Source: Candidatus Latescibacterota bacterium
GTDB lineage: Bacteria; Latescibacterota; UBA2968; GCA-2709665
DNA length: 64,000 nt
Assembly: GCA_965237675.1 (NCBI GenBank)
Contig: OZ250150.1
Span: forward strand, 160,001 to 224,000
Direction: 5' to 3'
Positions 19,051-28,975 of this stretch are shown here, piece by piece (the first letter of the stretch is position 1; each line of letters begins with the position of its first letter). The notes under the pieces are model-generated. The model had not been told where the DNA came from. It saw only the letters and a list, made by a program, of their open reading frames with translations, and made no database searches. The position numbers and the translations under genes are program-made.

Positions 19051-20394
19051 CTAACCCGTCTGCTCGGTTTTGCGAACCACAATCCGGTTACCTTCAACCT
19101 CGACCACCGTGATCGGACTATCCTTTTCGATAAACTCGCTATCCGCAGCCACGTCGACCCGACGCCCGTCTATCAGACCCGTACCCGAGGGGCGCAGAGG
19201 TGTAAAAGCCACCCCCTCTTTGCCCACAAGAGCACCATGGTTCGAAGTGGCGATATAGCCCGCCTCGCTGCGTTCTTCCGCCTGAAGTACAAGCCAGTTC
19301 CATGCCGACGTGTGCGGCAATATTTTAAACATCAAGCCGGCGATCAGAATCGTGGTGACAAACGCCAGCAACAGCGGCTGGGCGCCAATGCCCACGGACT
19401 CCCACGTCCACAATTCCGGGCGTCCCATCAGACTCAGGAAAAGGCCGGCAAACATCAAGACAACTCCCGGGATGGCCAGCATGCCGAATCCGGCAATATA
19501 AAACAGGTCGGCGACCACCAGAATCACCCCAACCAGAAAAAGCAGCACTTCCGTCCAGTCCGCCAACCTCACCAGCAGATGGCTGCCGAAAAACAGCCCC
19601 AGACAGATTAACCCCAACGTACCGCCGACGCCCCAACCCGGGCTCTGGATCTCAAAAATCAAGCCCAGGAAGCCGAGCGACATCAGCAGTGACGCCACAT
19701 AGGGATGCGTCAGCCAGCGCACAACCTGCTCCGACCAGTTTACGGACTGACGAGTGACCCGTGCCCGATCCAGTTTATAATATGACAGCACGGCCTGAAG
19801 TTTTTCGCCCTCGCCCGTTGCCGTAATCCGGTATTCCGCGATTTTCGTCGCAACCGCCTCGTTTGTGGTGAGTGTGAGCAGCTTTCCTTTCGGAGCCAGA
19901 TCCTCAATATCCACGTCTTCGTCGACCATCGCCTCGGCCAGTTCAGGGGGGCGGCCTGTCTTCTCGGCCGTTGCCTTCATCTCGTTGCGAAAATACGAAA
20001 TCACCTTTTCACTTGCCTTCTTGCCCTGCATATCTACGGCCGTAGCCGCGCCGATGGTTCCCCCATCGACCATAACGATATGCCGGGTGGCCAGTGAAAT
20101 CAACGCGCCGGCCGAAATCGCCCGCGGGTTGATGAAGGCAATAGTTTTCACGTCGCTGTAAAGAATCGCATCCCGGATGACCAGGGCCGCGTCCAGTGCG
20201 CCGCCAGGGGTGTCAATTTCGAAGATCACCGCCGACACCCCTTCTGCCTCCGCATCATCCATGACCCGCGAAACAAAAGCCGCGAGCCCTCGCTCAATGG
20301 TTCCCTCGATTGGCACGACGTAGACCGACCCCTGTGCCCGACAAACGGCCGGCAGGAGCAACACCATTATCAGGACGCAAAAAGAAACGCGCAT
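19051..20394 (-). CDS. nfeD: NfeD/YqeZ membrane-bound ClpP-like serine protease
   Basis: IDTPGG, AISAGALI, AEAMVD, GKLLTLT, TM region, C-terminal TPLRPSG OB domain. Confidence 0.92.
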   Translation of the reverse strand: MRVSFCVLIMVLLLPAVCRAQGSVYVVPIEGTIERGLAAFVSRVMDDAEAEGVSAVIFEIDTPGGALDAALVIRDAILYSDVKTIAFINPRAISAGALISLATRHIVMVDGGTIGAATAVDMQGKKASEKVISYFRNEMKATAEKTGRPPELAEAMVDEDVDIEDLAPKGKLLTLTTNEAVATKIAEYRITATGEGEKLQAVLSYYKLDRARVTRQSVNWSEQVVRWLTHPYVASLLMSLGFLGLIFEIQSPGWGVGGTLGLICLGLFFGSHLLVRLADWTEVLLFLVGVILVVADLFYIAGFGMLAIPGVVLMFAGLFLSLMGRPELWTWESVGIGAQPLLLAFVTTILIAGLMFKILPHTSAWNWLVLQAEERSEAGYIATSNHGALVGKEGVAFTPLRPSGTGLIDGRRVDVAADSEFIEKDSPITVVEVEGNRIVVRKTEQTG

Positions 20395-20446
20395 ATCGGA
20401 GAACTTCCTCAACGATTGGGATTTTAGCGGCATCAATCTCAATATC

Positions 20447-20475
20447 AGTGTACCGTATTCGGTTTAAATTGTCAA
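20447..20475 (-). promoter_or_regulatory. Sigma70 promoter of nfeD-floA
   Basis: TTGACA-17-TACACT on the minus strand. Confidence 0.7.
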
Positions 20476-20578
20476 TGGGTTTCAAACCAACCGACGGGGG
20501 TGAAAGGACCGCGTGCTATGTTGTTTTCCAGCTTGACATCAACGCCGGATCCTTGTATTTTTACGCGAAAAAACAGGT

Positions 20579-20654
20579 GGCGGCGTAGCTCAGTTGGCAG
20601 AGCAGTGGAATCATAATCCATGGGTCGGGGGTTCAAGTCCCTCCGCCGCTACCA
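20579..20654 (+). tRNA. tRNA-Met(CAT), elongator type
   Basis: GGCGGCGTAGCTCAGTTGGCAGAGCAGTGGAATCATAATCCATGGGTCGGGGGTTCAAGTCCCTCCGCCGCTACCA; TTGACA-17-TATTTT promoter at 20533-20561. Confidence 0.95.
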
Positions 20655-20786
20655 AATTACCAGCCGCCGGTCCTGGCGGCTTCGTCATTTAACACAAGCC
20701 CCCGTGGTCGAATGCCCGGGGGCTTGTTCCATTCGGCGTTTTTTCGAGGCCCTCCTCAAGATCGCGCTGTCCACGCGCAGAAGCCT

Positions 20787-21110
20787 CTATTGTTGGTTCA
20801 TGTCGCGATGAATGACTCCCAGGTCTCCCTGCAGATCGTCGAGGTCGTATTGGAAAGGCACCCTGGAGAAACGGGCATAGTCCATCATTTCCCATATGGA
20901 CACCCCTGCATCGTGCGCAGCGCGCGCGAGCGTGAGCTTTCTTTCGCCGTACAGACGCGCGTAATGCTCCATCTTCCATTGATGAATTGCTTTCGACAGC
21001 AGCCGGCGGACCGTTGTTGAGCGATCTGACTGCTCGACATCTTCTATCAGTTCCAATCCCCGGACCAACTCCGATGGAAGCCTGGTGCCCACCATCTGTT
21101 CCATTTTCAT
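20787..21110 (-). CDS. UPF0175-family antitoxin-like protein
   Basis: RHH-like N-terminus, LYGERKLTLARAAHDAGVSIWEMM, YDLDDLQGDL. Confidence 0.85.
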   Translation of the reverse strand: MKMEQMVGTRLPSELVRGLELIEDVEQSDRSTTVRRLLSKAIHQWKMEHYARLYGERKLTLARAAHDAGVSIWEMMDYARFSRVPFQYDLDDLQGDLGVIHRDMNQQ

Positions 21111-21622
21111 TCATTCACCTCCCTTGCGAGTCTCAATACTTCCGCTACAACAGTTGGCGAGAGCCACAAGATCTGACCGAGGTCACGAACTGCGACCTCC
21201 ATTTCTGCCAGGTTGAGATGGCGCCGCAGGCACGCTTCCAACAATACTCCCGCCGTACCCACATGTTCGACCGACATGACCGCAGCCACGCTTCGAGCCT
21301 CCTTGTCGTCGACGATCAACCGCAGTCCCCTCCCGTCTGCGAGTGCGATGGACTCCACTTCTCCCCGACCCAACCTGGACGGTCTGTCCAAACGCCTCGC
21401 GAGCGCACGCTCTCCCTCTTTCAGGCGAACCTCCTTCAGCCAGCGGTCTTCCAAGGCGGCCTCGAGTTGTGCGACATCCGGGGCACGAATAGCCCTGCCA
21501 GCGTCGATGGTTTCCGCCCGTACCGCGGGAGCGATCAGCACGCTGCCGTACAAATCCCGCAGGACGCTCAGGCGCCGCACCTTGACAAGGGCGATCAACG
21601 GGGAGGCATCGGCTACGATCAT
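21107..21622 (-). CDS. PIN-domain protein (DUF3368/VapC-like)
   Basis: IVADASPLIAL, LGRGEVESIALA, IVDDKEAR, VGTAGVL. Confidence 0.9.
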   Translation of the reverse strand: MIVADASPLIALVKVRRLSVLRDLYGSVLIAPAVRAETIDAGRAIRAPDVAQLEAALEDRWLKEVRLKEGERALARRLDRPSRLGRGEVESIALADGRGLRLIVDDKEARSVAAVMSVEHVGTAGVLLEACLRRHLNLAEMEVAVRDLGQILWLSPTVVAEVLRLAREVNE

Positions 21623-21772
21623 TTGAATTTCCCGAAGGCATGATCCATCGTCGCGACAAAAAGTTAACAAAAAATACAATTGTTTGCAACGCCAATGTCA
21701 TGTATCCGCGACAATCCACATCCAAGGCCCGACATCCATTCGGCCCTGCATGAATCCGACCGGGATACCATA

Positions 21773-22828
21773 CTATCCGGCGGTGACTTCGTGGCGGATA
21801 AAGGGATGTGAACAGGGATACCCCTCCGTCGCCCACATCGCCCGTTTGTCCGGGCATATGATGACACCGCTGTCCGTATGCAGCCCGGCCTGACCATGCT
21901 GGCAGATACCCACCGGGTCGGCGTGGAATCGGTACATCTCGACCAACCCTTCAAAGCTCCGCTTGACCTCTCTCTCCATTTGGGGGAGCAACGCGATACG
22001 CGCATGGCTGTTTTCCAACAGGGGCGATTCCGGATCATCCTTCCCGACAAGCTCTTTTCCAAGACAGTGGTTGGTCTCCCACACCGCGGCGTCGGAACCT
22101 GACGGGCGTCTGATGGTCTGCCCCGCCACGTGTTTCTCCAGAATCGCCACGTCGCCGGTCGCGTCGCCCATCAGAACGCTCATTCCGTGCATTGGAACCT
22201 CATATTGGGCGCACAACGCCTCGGCCTCTTCGACGGAACGGCACTGTTCCGCCATCAAGGGCAACAGAAACAAAACCGGAACCCCGTCCTGACGGCGTTC
22301 AAATCCGGTCAATCCCGTCATGCCGAACCCGAACCCGGCCTCGTTGACCGCCGCCGCCGTCCAAATGGTTCCGACAAAGTGCATCTGTACAGATCGCAGT
22401 TTGCCGGAAGGCGCCGCCTGATGAATCGCGTTGGCCCCCAGCTCTCTCTTACCGAGATCGTCGGATTTCCCCAACCATGCATACCCGTTGCGGTCGGCAA
22501 ACCCGAAGACGGTACATGCGGGCGTAGAGAACTCATCCAGATCAAAGACGAGATTGAGCTCGAACACGTCTTCAAAGGGTAGCCCCGCGCCCATCGCAAT
22601 GCCCTCGATTTCCCGGACCATCCCGGGAAACAACCGGGCGATCTGCTCCGTCCACAGGTCCACTTTGCGCTTCCGCTCATCCGGCGCCAGCCCCGGGCGC
22701 CAACCGCCTTCCCCGTCGGCAAACTCCTCCCGGTATCGATCTATCAGACCGGCGATCCGATCCGATGCCGCGCGACCGTGGGCAATACCTCTTGTCAACG
22801 CGTCGCCTTCGGTTTCGAGATAGAACAC
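21773..22828 (-). CDS. Peptidase C45 / acyl-CoA:6-APA acyltransferase family Ntn-hydrolase
   Basis: RGIAHG, EIEGIAMGAG, AC|T nucleophile, VNEAG, TNH, ICQH. Confidence 0.85.
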   Translation of the reverse strand: MFYLETEGDALTRGIAHGRAASDRIAGLIDRYREEFADGEGGWRPGLAPDERKRKVDLWTEQIARLFPGMVREIEGIAMGAGLPFEDVFELNLVFDLDEFSTPACTVFGFADRNGYAWLGKSDDLGKRELGANAIHQAAPSGKLRSVQMHFVGTIWTAAAVNEAGFGFGMTGLTGFERRQDGVPVLFLLPLMAEQCRSVEEAEALCAQYEVPMHGMSVLMGDATGDVAILEKHVAGQTIRRPSGSDAAVWETNHCLGKELVGKDDPESPLLENSHARIALLPQMEREVKRSFEGLVEMYRFHADPVGICQHGQAGLHTDSGVIICPDKRAMWATEGYPCSHPFIRHEVTAG

Positions 22829-22972
22829 AAACGCCTCACTGTCATTTCAATGATCCGTGCCGTGGCTAAGGCCGCCCACCGGAAGCCCCGGCCGAACCGG
22901 CCGCGTCCGCGAACCGAAATGTCGTATTTCAGTTCATGACAACCCGGGTTGGACATGGGCAGGAAACGGCGG

Positions 22973-23857
22973 TCAGGGTCCCCTGTGTTTACCCATCTCC
23001 AGCGCCATCGCCCGCACGTGTTCCGGGCCGGCCCCGCAGCAGGATCCCAGATAGCGGATATCCGCCGCCATCGCATCCCTTGCGAATCGGGCGAATTGGG
23101 CCGCGGTTGCAGAGGGCCGCTCCCACCAGGAATGCCAGGCCGAAGGCTGGCAGCAGACCGGCACGTCTACCGCCCGCCGCATCCGGGATGCGAACTCCAG
23201 CATATCGGTTGGCGGGCAGATGCAGTTCAACCCCACCACGTCAGCGCCGGCATCCGCCAATTGTCTGGCGCATTCCGCCGGCGAGAATCCGTCGAACGTA
23301 TTCGCGTATCCCTTTCCCTCCATGCTCACAGTCACCACGAGCGGGAGTCCCGCTCCTCTGGCCAGTGCGACTGCCAGAAGCGCCTCGTCCAACCACGAAA
23401 AGGTCTCCAGAATCAGGAAATCGACGCCCCCGCCGCAGATCCAGGGCAGCTGCTCGTCCAGCCATGCGCGCGTTCGGGCCCGCTTTTTTACATCGGACGG
23501 ATCGTAATCCATATAGGTAATGCTCGGACTGTTCAAATTGCCCGCGACCAGCGCATCGTCGCCCGCCACCTCGCGAGCGATCCGGCAGGCCGTGGTATTG
23601 ATTTCCTTCGCGCGATCCCCGAAACCCGCCGGCTTCAGCATATTGGACGTACCGAAAAACGTGAGCGTCTGCAGGACCTCGGCCCCCGCGTCCTTGAACT
23701 CCTGCGTCAGCCTGCGCACCTCCTCCGGGTGTGTTGCCACCACCTGCGGCGTCATGGCTCCCATTCTCACAAAACCCCGAAGCCGCAGCCCCATCAGGTA
23801 CCCCCCGTCTCCCAATACGAAGCCCTTTTCCAGACGCTGCAACAATCCTTCAGCCAT
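22973..23857 (-). CDS. Homocysteine S-methyltransferase family protein (BHMT-like)
   Basis: LGDGG, AGAEV, ILETF, GLNC and GSCCG zinc ligands. Confidence 0.9.
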   Translation of the reverse strand: MAEGLLQRLEKGFVLGDGGYLMGLRLRGFVRMGAMTPQVVATHPEEVRRLTQEFKDAGAEVLQTLTFFGTSNMLKPAGFGDRAKEINTTACRIAREVAGDDALVAGNLNSPSITYMDYDPSDVKKRARTRAWLDEQLPWICGGGVDFLILETFSWLDEALLAVALARGAGLPLVVTVSMEGKGYANTFDGFSPAECARQLADAGADVVGLNCICPPTDMLEFASRMRRAVDVPVCCQPSAWHSWWERPSATAAQFARFARDAMAADIRYLGSCCGAGPEHVRAMALEMGKHRGP

Positions 23858-23908
23858 CTGTTAAAATGCCTTTCGTGAATCAGAAGAATTGTCGGGTTGA
23901 CAAAAGTC

Positions 23909-24002
23909 GGTGAGAGGGGAGACGTTAGACGGGAGAGGACCACGCCCGACACCGACAGTCTTTCGCGCCTTGCCTTTTCTACCGTCTTCCGTCTCACGTC
24001 TT
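23909..24002. repeat. Inverted heptamer (GNGAGAC/GGAAGAC-type) tandem arrays
   Basis: ggtgagaggggagacgttagacgggagagg ... ctaccgtcttccgtctcacgtctt; similar unit at 651-675. Confidence 0.55.
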
Positions 24003-25292
24003 ACCCGGGGCTGGGCCGGATGGGTGGAGTGGCTGGCCCCTCGCCTCCTGCAACAACGCGATCGCTCCTTCGCGGATTTGCGCCTCGGATTCCATCTCCA
24101 GGGGCGCGAACAACACCTCTCCATCCCCCTCAACACGTGCGTGCGCCGTTGGCAGATACCCGACCTCGGGGCACGGGTTGCACAAGAGCAAAACACGGTC
24201 GAACGCGGCGGCCTCTCGAATGGCAAACGCAGTCTCCACAAAGGGCTCGCCGGGAATATGGATCAACGCGTTATTGCCGAGTACGACCGCACGAAAGTCG
24301 AACGAACAGGAGGTTTGATCCCTGTAAGTCTGCGCCAGCCAGTATTCGTATCGCGCGAGTCCCTCTGCCGCGGGGGGATTCGCCTGCCATTCCTTCCGCG
24401 CCGCCTCGACTTCGGCCACGGGCTGTCGTTCGATTTGAACCGTGCGCTTGAAAAGCATCAGTTCCACATCCGCTCGTGGCTTGAGTCCATCGCAGATATC
24501 CAGAGTCGTTCGCGCCAGCGACCTGCCAATGCGCCCGCAGGGATCATCCGTTTCGCGAATAGGATGCACGTTACCCAGCGCGCCCTGGATGAAAAGGCCG
24601 TCGATTTCCCTTTCGGCAAGCACCCCGGCCACCACACCGGGGTAATCCGCCGAGATGTTGCCCCGCAAGTCCCACATTGCAAGTGCATGACACCCGAAAT
24701 TCGTCAGCACGATCGGCCGCTTGCCGTCCCTGTCGAAGCGAACGACGGCTACCTGTCGATCCACTGCGTCGTATTCCAGATCGTCTGGCGGCCTCGGAAA
24801 CTCCGTCAGTGAAACCATCCGCAGATTGCCCTGGCTATCGTGCGCGCGGCGGTTGTATTGCAGGCCCGGTTCGGCCGGCCCCGCTCCGACTGCCACGCGG
24901 GCAGGCGAGACGTCGGCCCGGGCAATTCGTACCGCCTCAGCCGCAGCCCTTGCGTAACGCGCCTCGTTTCCGAATTCCTTCAGAGCCTCCGTGGGTTGAT
25001 TCACGTAATACTGGAACAGTGTCGGTCCGGTGCCCATATGGCTGGCGCCCGGTAGAATCCATGCGGGGTCCACGTCGGTTTCCGCCAGATCGGTGACCAT
25101 CATATCGAAACAGATATGGTCGAACAGGAACATGTCCGCCGCCAGAAACGTCACCTGCCGGTCGCCCTGCCGCACGTGCAGCGCCCGAAAATAGATCGGA
25201 TCGTAGATCTCGAATGAATCGTGAGGCGCAGGTGTTATATCCACTTTGCCAAATCCCGCCAGCATCTGTCCGTTTGTGTTCGATTCGTTCAT
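23994..25292 (-). CDS. Neutral/alkaline ceramidase N-terminal-domain-like hydrolase
   Basis: AGFGKVDITP, DPIYFRAL, ASHMGTGP, NRR, NFGCH, ISADYPG, QGALGNV, PGEPFVE. Confidence 0.8.
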   Translation of the reverse strand: MNESNTNGQMLAGFGKVDITPAPHDSFEIYDPIYFRALHVRQGDRQVTFLAADMFLFDHICFDMMVTDLAETDVDPAWILPGASHMGTGPTLFQYYVNQPTEALKEFGNEARYARAAAEAVRIARADVSPARVAVGAGPAEPGLQYNRRAHDSQGNLRMVSLTEFPRPPDDLEYDAVDRQVAVVRFDRDGKRPIVLTNFGCHALAMWDLRGNISADYPGVVAGVLAEREIDGLFIQGALGNVHPIRETDDPCGRIGRSLARTTLDICDGLKPRADVELMLFKRTVQIERQPVAEVEAARKEWQANPPAAEGLARYEYWLAQTYRDQTSCSFDFRAVVLGNNALIHIPGEPFVETAFAIREAAAFDRVLLLCNPCPEVGYLPTAHARVEGDGEVLFAPLEMESEAQIREGAIALLQEARGQPLHPSGPAPGKT

Positions 25293-25657
25293 GAGATGCT
25301 TCCTCTCTTCAGGGAAGAGACGCTGCCCTGACAGATGACGCCGTCATGGTCGCCGTGTCGACCCCTTTTGACGCGGGCAGGTCGCCGGTGATCACCCATC
25401 ATAATATGAACCATCATTGCTGTCAAGTCGTGATGCGCCGGGCTCGACGCCCTGCCGTGAACAGGGCTGCGGCGCGGGATTAAATGCTTGACATTGGAGA
25501 TCACGCGCGGCTATATATTTCAGTGCCATCACAAAGTCGGGTTGAAGTCGCGCGTACCGGCGCCGTATATTGAGGTGGCGTCTCCCGGCGTCCTCCCGCG
25601 CCAGAACCCTCAGACCCGGAGACCGTCCTTCCACCCCAGCTGAGAGGCTGAATTCCG

Positions 25658-28600
25658 ATGGCTGATTTTCTTCACACAGGTACTTTAGCGGACGTACTGG
25701 CGTCCGGCGTATTCCTCTTTCTGCTGATCGGTACGGCAAGGCCGGTGTTTGCGTCCGGCGGAAGAGCTTATTATACGGATGCCAGGATGGATGTGATCCG
25801 GTACAATCTGGCGCACTACGACTGGGCTCGGGAGCAGAGTTCGGGAATCATAGAAAGGGCGGAGCATTGGGCCAGTTACGAAGACGCGAAGCTGCGCACC
25901 CTCGTTTCACCGCCTCAGGTACCGCGGGGATATCAGGTGCACAACGATGGGTGTCCGGTACACGGCGTCAAAGTCCATGAACTGGGACTATACAGGTGGA
26001 TCATTGACTTTGAGAGGCCCTATAAAGTGACATGTCCCGTGGGCGGAGAGACGTATCCATCCAGCGATTTCGAGGCATTTCTGGCCACGGGCATGGAAGA
26101 CAGGTCCCTGTTGACCGGTCCTTACGCCGACGATGGATGGGGGTGGCATCGTCCCGGAGACCCGGTGCCGGCCAACTACTGGTTTGTGGCATATTACGCA
26201 CACTGGAGCATGATGCGATTCCTGATGGAGGCGATCGAAGTCCTGGGCAAGGCCACCGTGCTTGCGGATGATGATGTTGGGGCGCGACGGTACGCGCATA
26301 AATGTGCGCTTCTGCTGTGGCAGCTGGCGGAATATTACCCCGACTACGAATACGAACGGCAGTCAAGGGAATCGAAGGAGCACAATCCCAACTATACGGG
26401 CAAGTTGTTCAATATGATCTGGGAAACCCGACCGCCCCATACCTGCGCGATTGCTTACGATGCGGTGCGCCCCTATCTGGACGCCGACGTCGTACTCCAG
26501 TGCATCGCGGACAAGACAGGCCCGGAGATCGACTCGACAATTCGGGAGCGGTTGCTACTCGAGGCGGCCAGGTGCATTATGGACGCGTCAGGCGGGCGGA
26601 TCAGGGGCAACTACGGAATGCATCAGAAGGCGCTGCTGACGCTGGCGCGGGTGCTGTCGACTTCCGAAGGTCGTCCGCACAGCGACGAGATGATACAGTA
26701 CGTGTTGGCAAATCCGAACCAGGTAAGAGACACGGATATGGGTTTGCGGGATGCGCTTGAGAATCTGGTCTACCGAGACGGAATGCCTCACGAGTCTCTC
26801 GGGTACAATGACATCTGGGTACACGATTTGACTGAATTGGCTTCTCTGATGGTGGATATGGGCGTGAATCTGTTCGAGCACCCGCGATACAGAAAGCTGG
26901 TGACCTGGGCGTTTGACGTTTGTATTGCGGGAAAGTTCACCCCTTCCACCGGGGATTCCGGCGATATGTTTGCTCAGGGCGGCGCGTGGCAGCCAGCCGT
27001 ATGCCAGATCGCGCTGCCGTATGTGAACGACGCCCGCCTCGCGTGGGTTCTGAAGACGCAGCCGGGCGTCCGCCAGGATCTGTTCACCAAACCGGTTGAG
27101 GCGCAGCTTTCGGAACTTCCGGAAGAAGAGGACCCCGAGATCGGGAGACGGTCGTTTCATTTTCCCGCGTACGGGATGGCGAATCTTCAGTGCGGGAACG
27201 AAACGAACCGGTCGGCCGTTTCCTTTTTTTATGGCGACCACCAGGCCCACCGGCACTATGATCAGTTGAACATTCTGTTTTTCTCCCACGACAACGCGCT
27301 GTTGACCGATATCGGGTACCCAGAGCAGACGGATTCGTTCAACCACCGGCTCGCGGGGTTTTTCACCAATACGGTGGCGCACAATACGGTGGTGGTGGAT
27401 GCAAAGCGGCAGGGGCGTGGGCCCGGAAGGCTGCACGGACTGATAACGGAGGGTTTCGCACAGGCCGTGGATGCGTCCTGCGAGGGCGCCTACGCGGACA
27501 GGGTTGATCTGTATCGGCGCGCAAATATGCTGGTGGAGGCGGCGCCCGGACAGCACTATCTCTTTGACGTATTCTACGTGAACGGGGGCCGGCAGCACGA
27601 CTACATGCTTCACGGCAATCAGGCGGAGTTTGTCTGCCGGCCGGCCCTTGGGCCGGTTCGGGAATCGGGGACGCTGGCGGGTGGGGACGTGCCCTACGAG
27701 CAGTTTTACGACGATCCCGAGTTGAAGGACAAACGCCTGTCCAGCGTTCCGTATACCGGGTACCGGGGTAGCGGGTACCAGTTTCTGTACAATGTGCAGA
27801 AGGGACATCTGGATGTCGACACGATTGCCGAGTGGCGGCTTACGGAGCCCATTGAGGGCCAGCCGGAACGCCCGTGGCGGGGCATCGGACTCCGTGCGCA
27901 TCTGATCGGACGGGATGAGGCACTGTTCGCGTGCGACGGACCGGTCCAGAAATACAAATACCTGCCGGAGAGCGTGAAGTTCCTGGTGCGCAGGCGGGCC
28001 GGACCTGATCTTTCCAGCCGGTTTACCACGGTGTTCGAGCCATATAGGAACAAGGGCTGGATCCGGCATGCGACACAGATTGAATTGAAGCCGAACGGCG
28101 CTGGGGCCGCCGCGGTCCGGGTGGAAATGGAAGATGGGAGCACCCACTATCTGTTTCACGCCCTGGATTCAAACCGGGAGCATACGATGGAGAACGGCTT
28201 CAGGGTGGCCGGGCAGATGGCCGTTCTGGCGCTTGACAACCTGGGCCGTCCGGTTCGGGCGATGCTATTCAACGGCAAGATCCTCGGGATGGGCGATTTT
28301 CAGATGTCAGGAATGGGAATGCGACGGAGCCGGATCGTGTCGGTGGACTACACGCAGGGGACAATCCAGCTTGCCGACGCCGCGATCGGAGATGAACTGC
28401 CGCCCGGGCAGGCGATTCCGGTGACGTCGGATGGTTTCTCGGGCAGTCTGACGCTGGCGAAGGTTATTGACCGGCGGCGTTTTTCAATTGGGGACGAAGA
28501 CGTGAGGGTGGCAGGCGGACCGGTTCTGGAAGTCGACGCGGAACGCCTTATCACAAGCGCGTCCAATCCGCACGCGCACACGGGGATGACGCTGTTGAAC

Positions 28601-28798
28601 AGCCGGAACGAACCCCAGGGACGGTTGGCGGAGAAGGTGGACGGTGGTTGGCGGATCGACCGCGAGGGTAGAGGGCCGATGACCTCGGAAGACTTCCCCG
28701 TGGCCGTCGGCGATGGGGGACCGCGGTATTCGGTGGCAATGGTCGGCGCGGGCGATTGGGCGGAGATACCGAGTATCGTGCGGTTTTCCAGGACGTGA
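25658..28798 (+). CDS. Large heparinase II/III-like protein (alpha/alpha toroid plus beta-sandwich)
   Basis: DDGWGW, NYGMHQ, DGMPHESLGY, HRHYDQLNI, DIGYP, TVAHNTVVVD; signal-like N-terminus. Confidence 0.8.
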   Translation: MADFLHTGTLADVLASGVFLFLLIGTARPVFASGGRAYYTDARMDVIRYNLAHYDWAREQSSGIIERAEHWASYEDAKLRTLVSPPQVPRGYQVHNDGCPVHGVKVHELGLYRWIIDFERPYKVTCPVGGETYPSSDFEAFLATGMEDRSLLTGPYADDGWGWHRPGDPVPANYWFVAYYAHWSMMRFLMEAIEVLGKATVLADDDVGARRYAHKCALLLWQLAEYYPDYEYERQSRESKEHNPNYTGKLFNMIWETRPPHTCAIAYDAVRPYLDADVVLQCIADKTGPEIDSTIRERLLLEAARCIMDASGGRIRGNYGMHQKALLTLARVLSTSEGRPHSDEMIQYVLANPNQVRDTDMGLRDALENLVYRDGMPHESLGYNDIWVHDLTELASLMVDMGVNLFEHPRYRKLVTWAFDVCIAGKFTPSTGDSGDMFAQGGAWQPAVCQIALPYVNDARLAWVLKTQPGVRQDLFTKPVEAQLSELPEEEDPEIGRRSFHFPAYGMANLQCGNETNRSAVSFFYGDHQAHRHYDQLNILFFSHDNALLTDIGYPEQTDSFNHRLAGFFTNTVAHNTVVVDAKRQGRGPGRLHGLITEGFAQAVDASCEGAYADRVDLYRRANMLVEAAPGQHYLFDVFYVNGGRQHDYMLHGNQAEFVCRPALGPVRESGTLAGGDVPYEQFYDDPELKDKRLSSVPYTGYRGSGYQFLYNVQKGHLDVDTIAEWRLTEPIEGQPERPWRGIGLRAHLIGRDEALFACDGPVQKYKYLPESVKFLVRRRAGPDLSSRFTTVFEPYRNKGWIRHATQIELKPNGAGAAAVRVEMEDGSTHYLFHALDSNREHTMENGFRVAGQMAVLALDNLGRPVRAMLFNGKILGMGDFQMSGMGMRRSRIVSVDYTQGTIQLADAAIGDELPPGQAIPVTSDGFSGSLTLAKVIDRRRFSIGDEDVRVAGGPVLEVDAERLITSASNPHAHTGMTLLNSRNEPQGRLAEKVDGGWRIDREGRGPMTSEDFPVAVGDGGPRYSVAMVGAGDWAEIPSIVRFSRT

Positions 28799-28975
28799 TC
28801 GTGTTGGGAGCAGCGGCGACGGTCGAAGTGCGACGCCGCTGCTTCTATACGGCCTGACAGCGTCAGGGCGGAAAGCTCGCGGTTTGGAAGGTCGGCTGGA
28901 TTTTAGAAAGTTTCACGCGGACAAAGACGATAGCAAGTCAATTCCCCTGTCCGCCGGAATCGCCCGGGTTTTCTG

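Noticed and set aside
20455-20484. SigW-like promoter for nfeD-floA (TGAAAC...CGAA)
   Set aside because: Spacing and -10 are imperfect, and an overlapping TTGACA-17-TACACT sigma70 promoter fits better; not fully excluded.
16200-21770. Prophage or integrative element at the tRNAs
   Set aside because: No integrase, structural genes or duplicated tRNA 3' ends found by eye.
26588-28159. Long antisense ORFs (also 13731-15029, 58444-59745, 40431-41654, 38517-39623)
   Set aside because: Shadows of well-supported genes on the opposite strand in GC-rich DNA, with no recognisable motifs.
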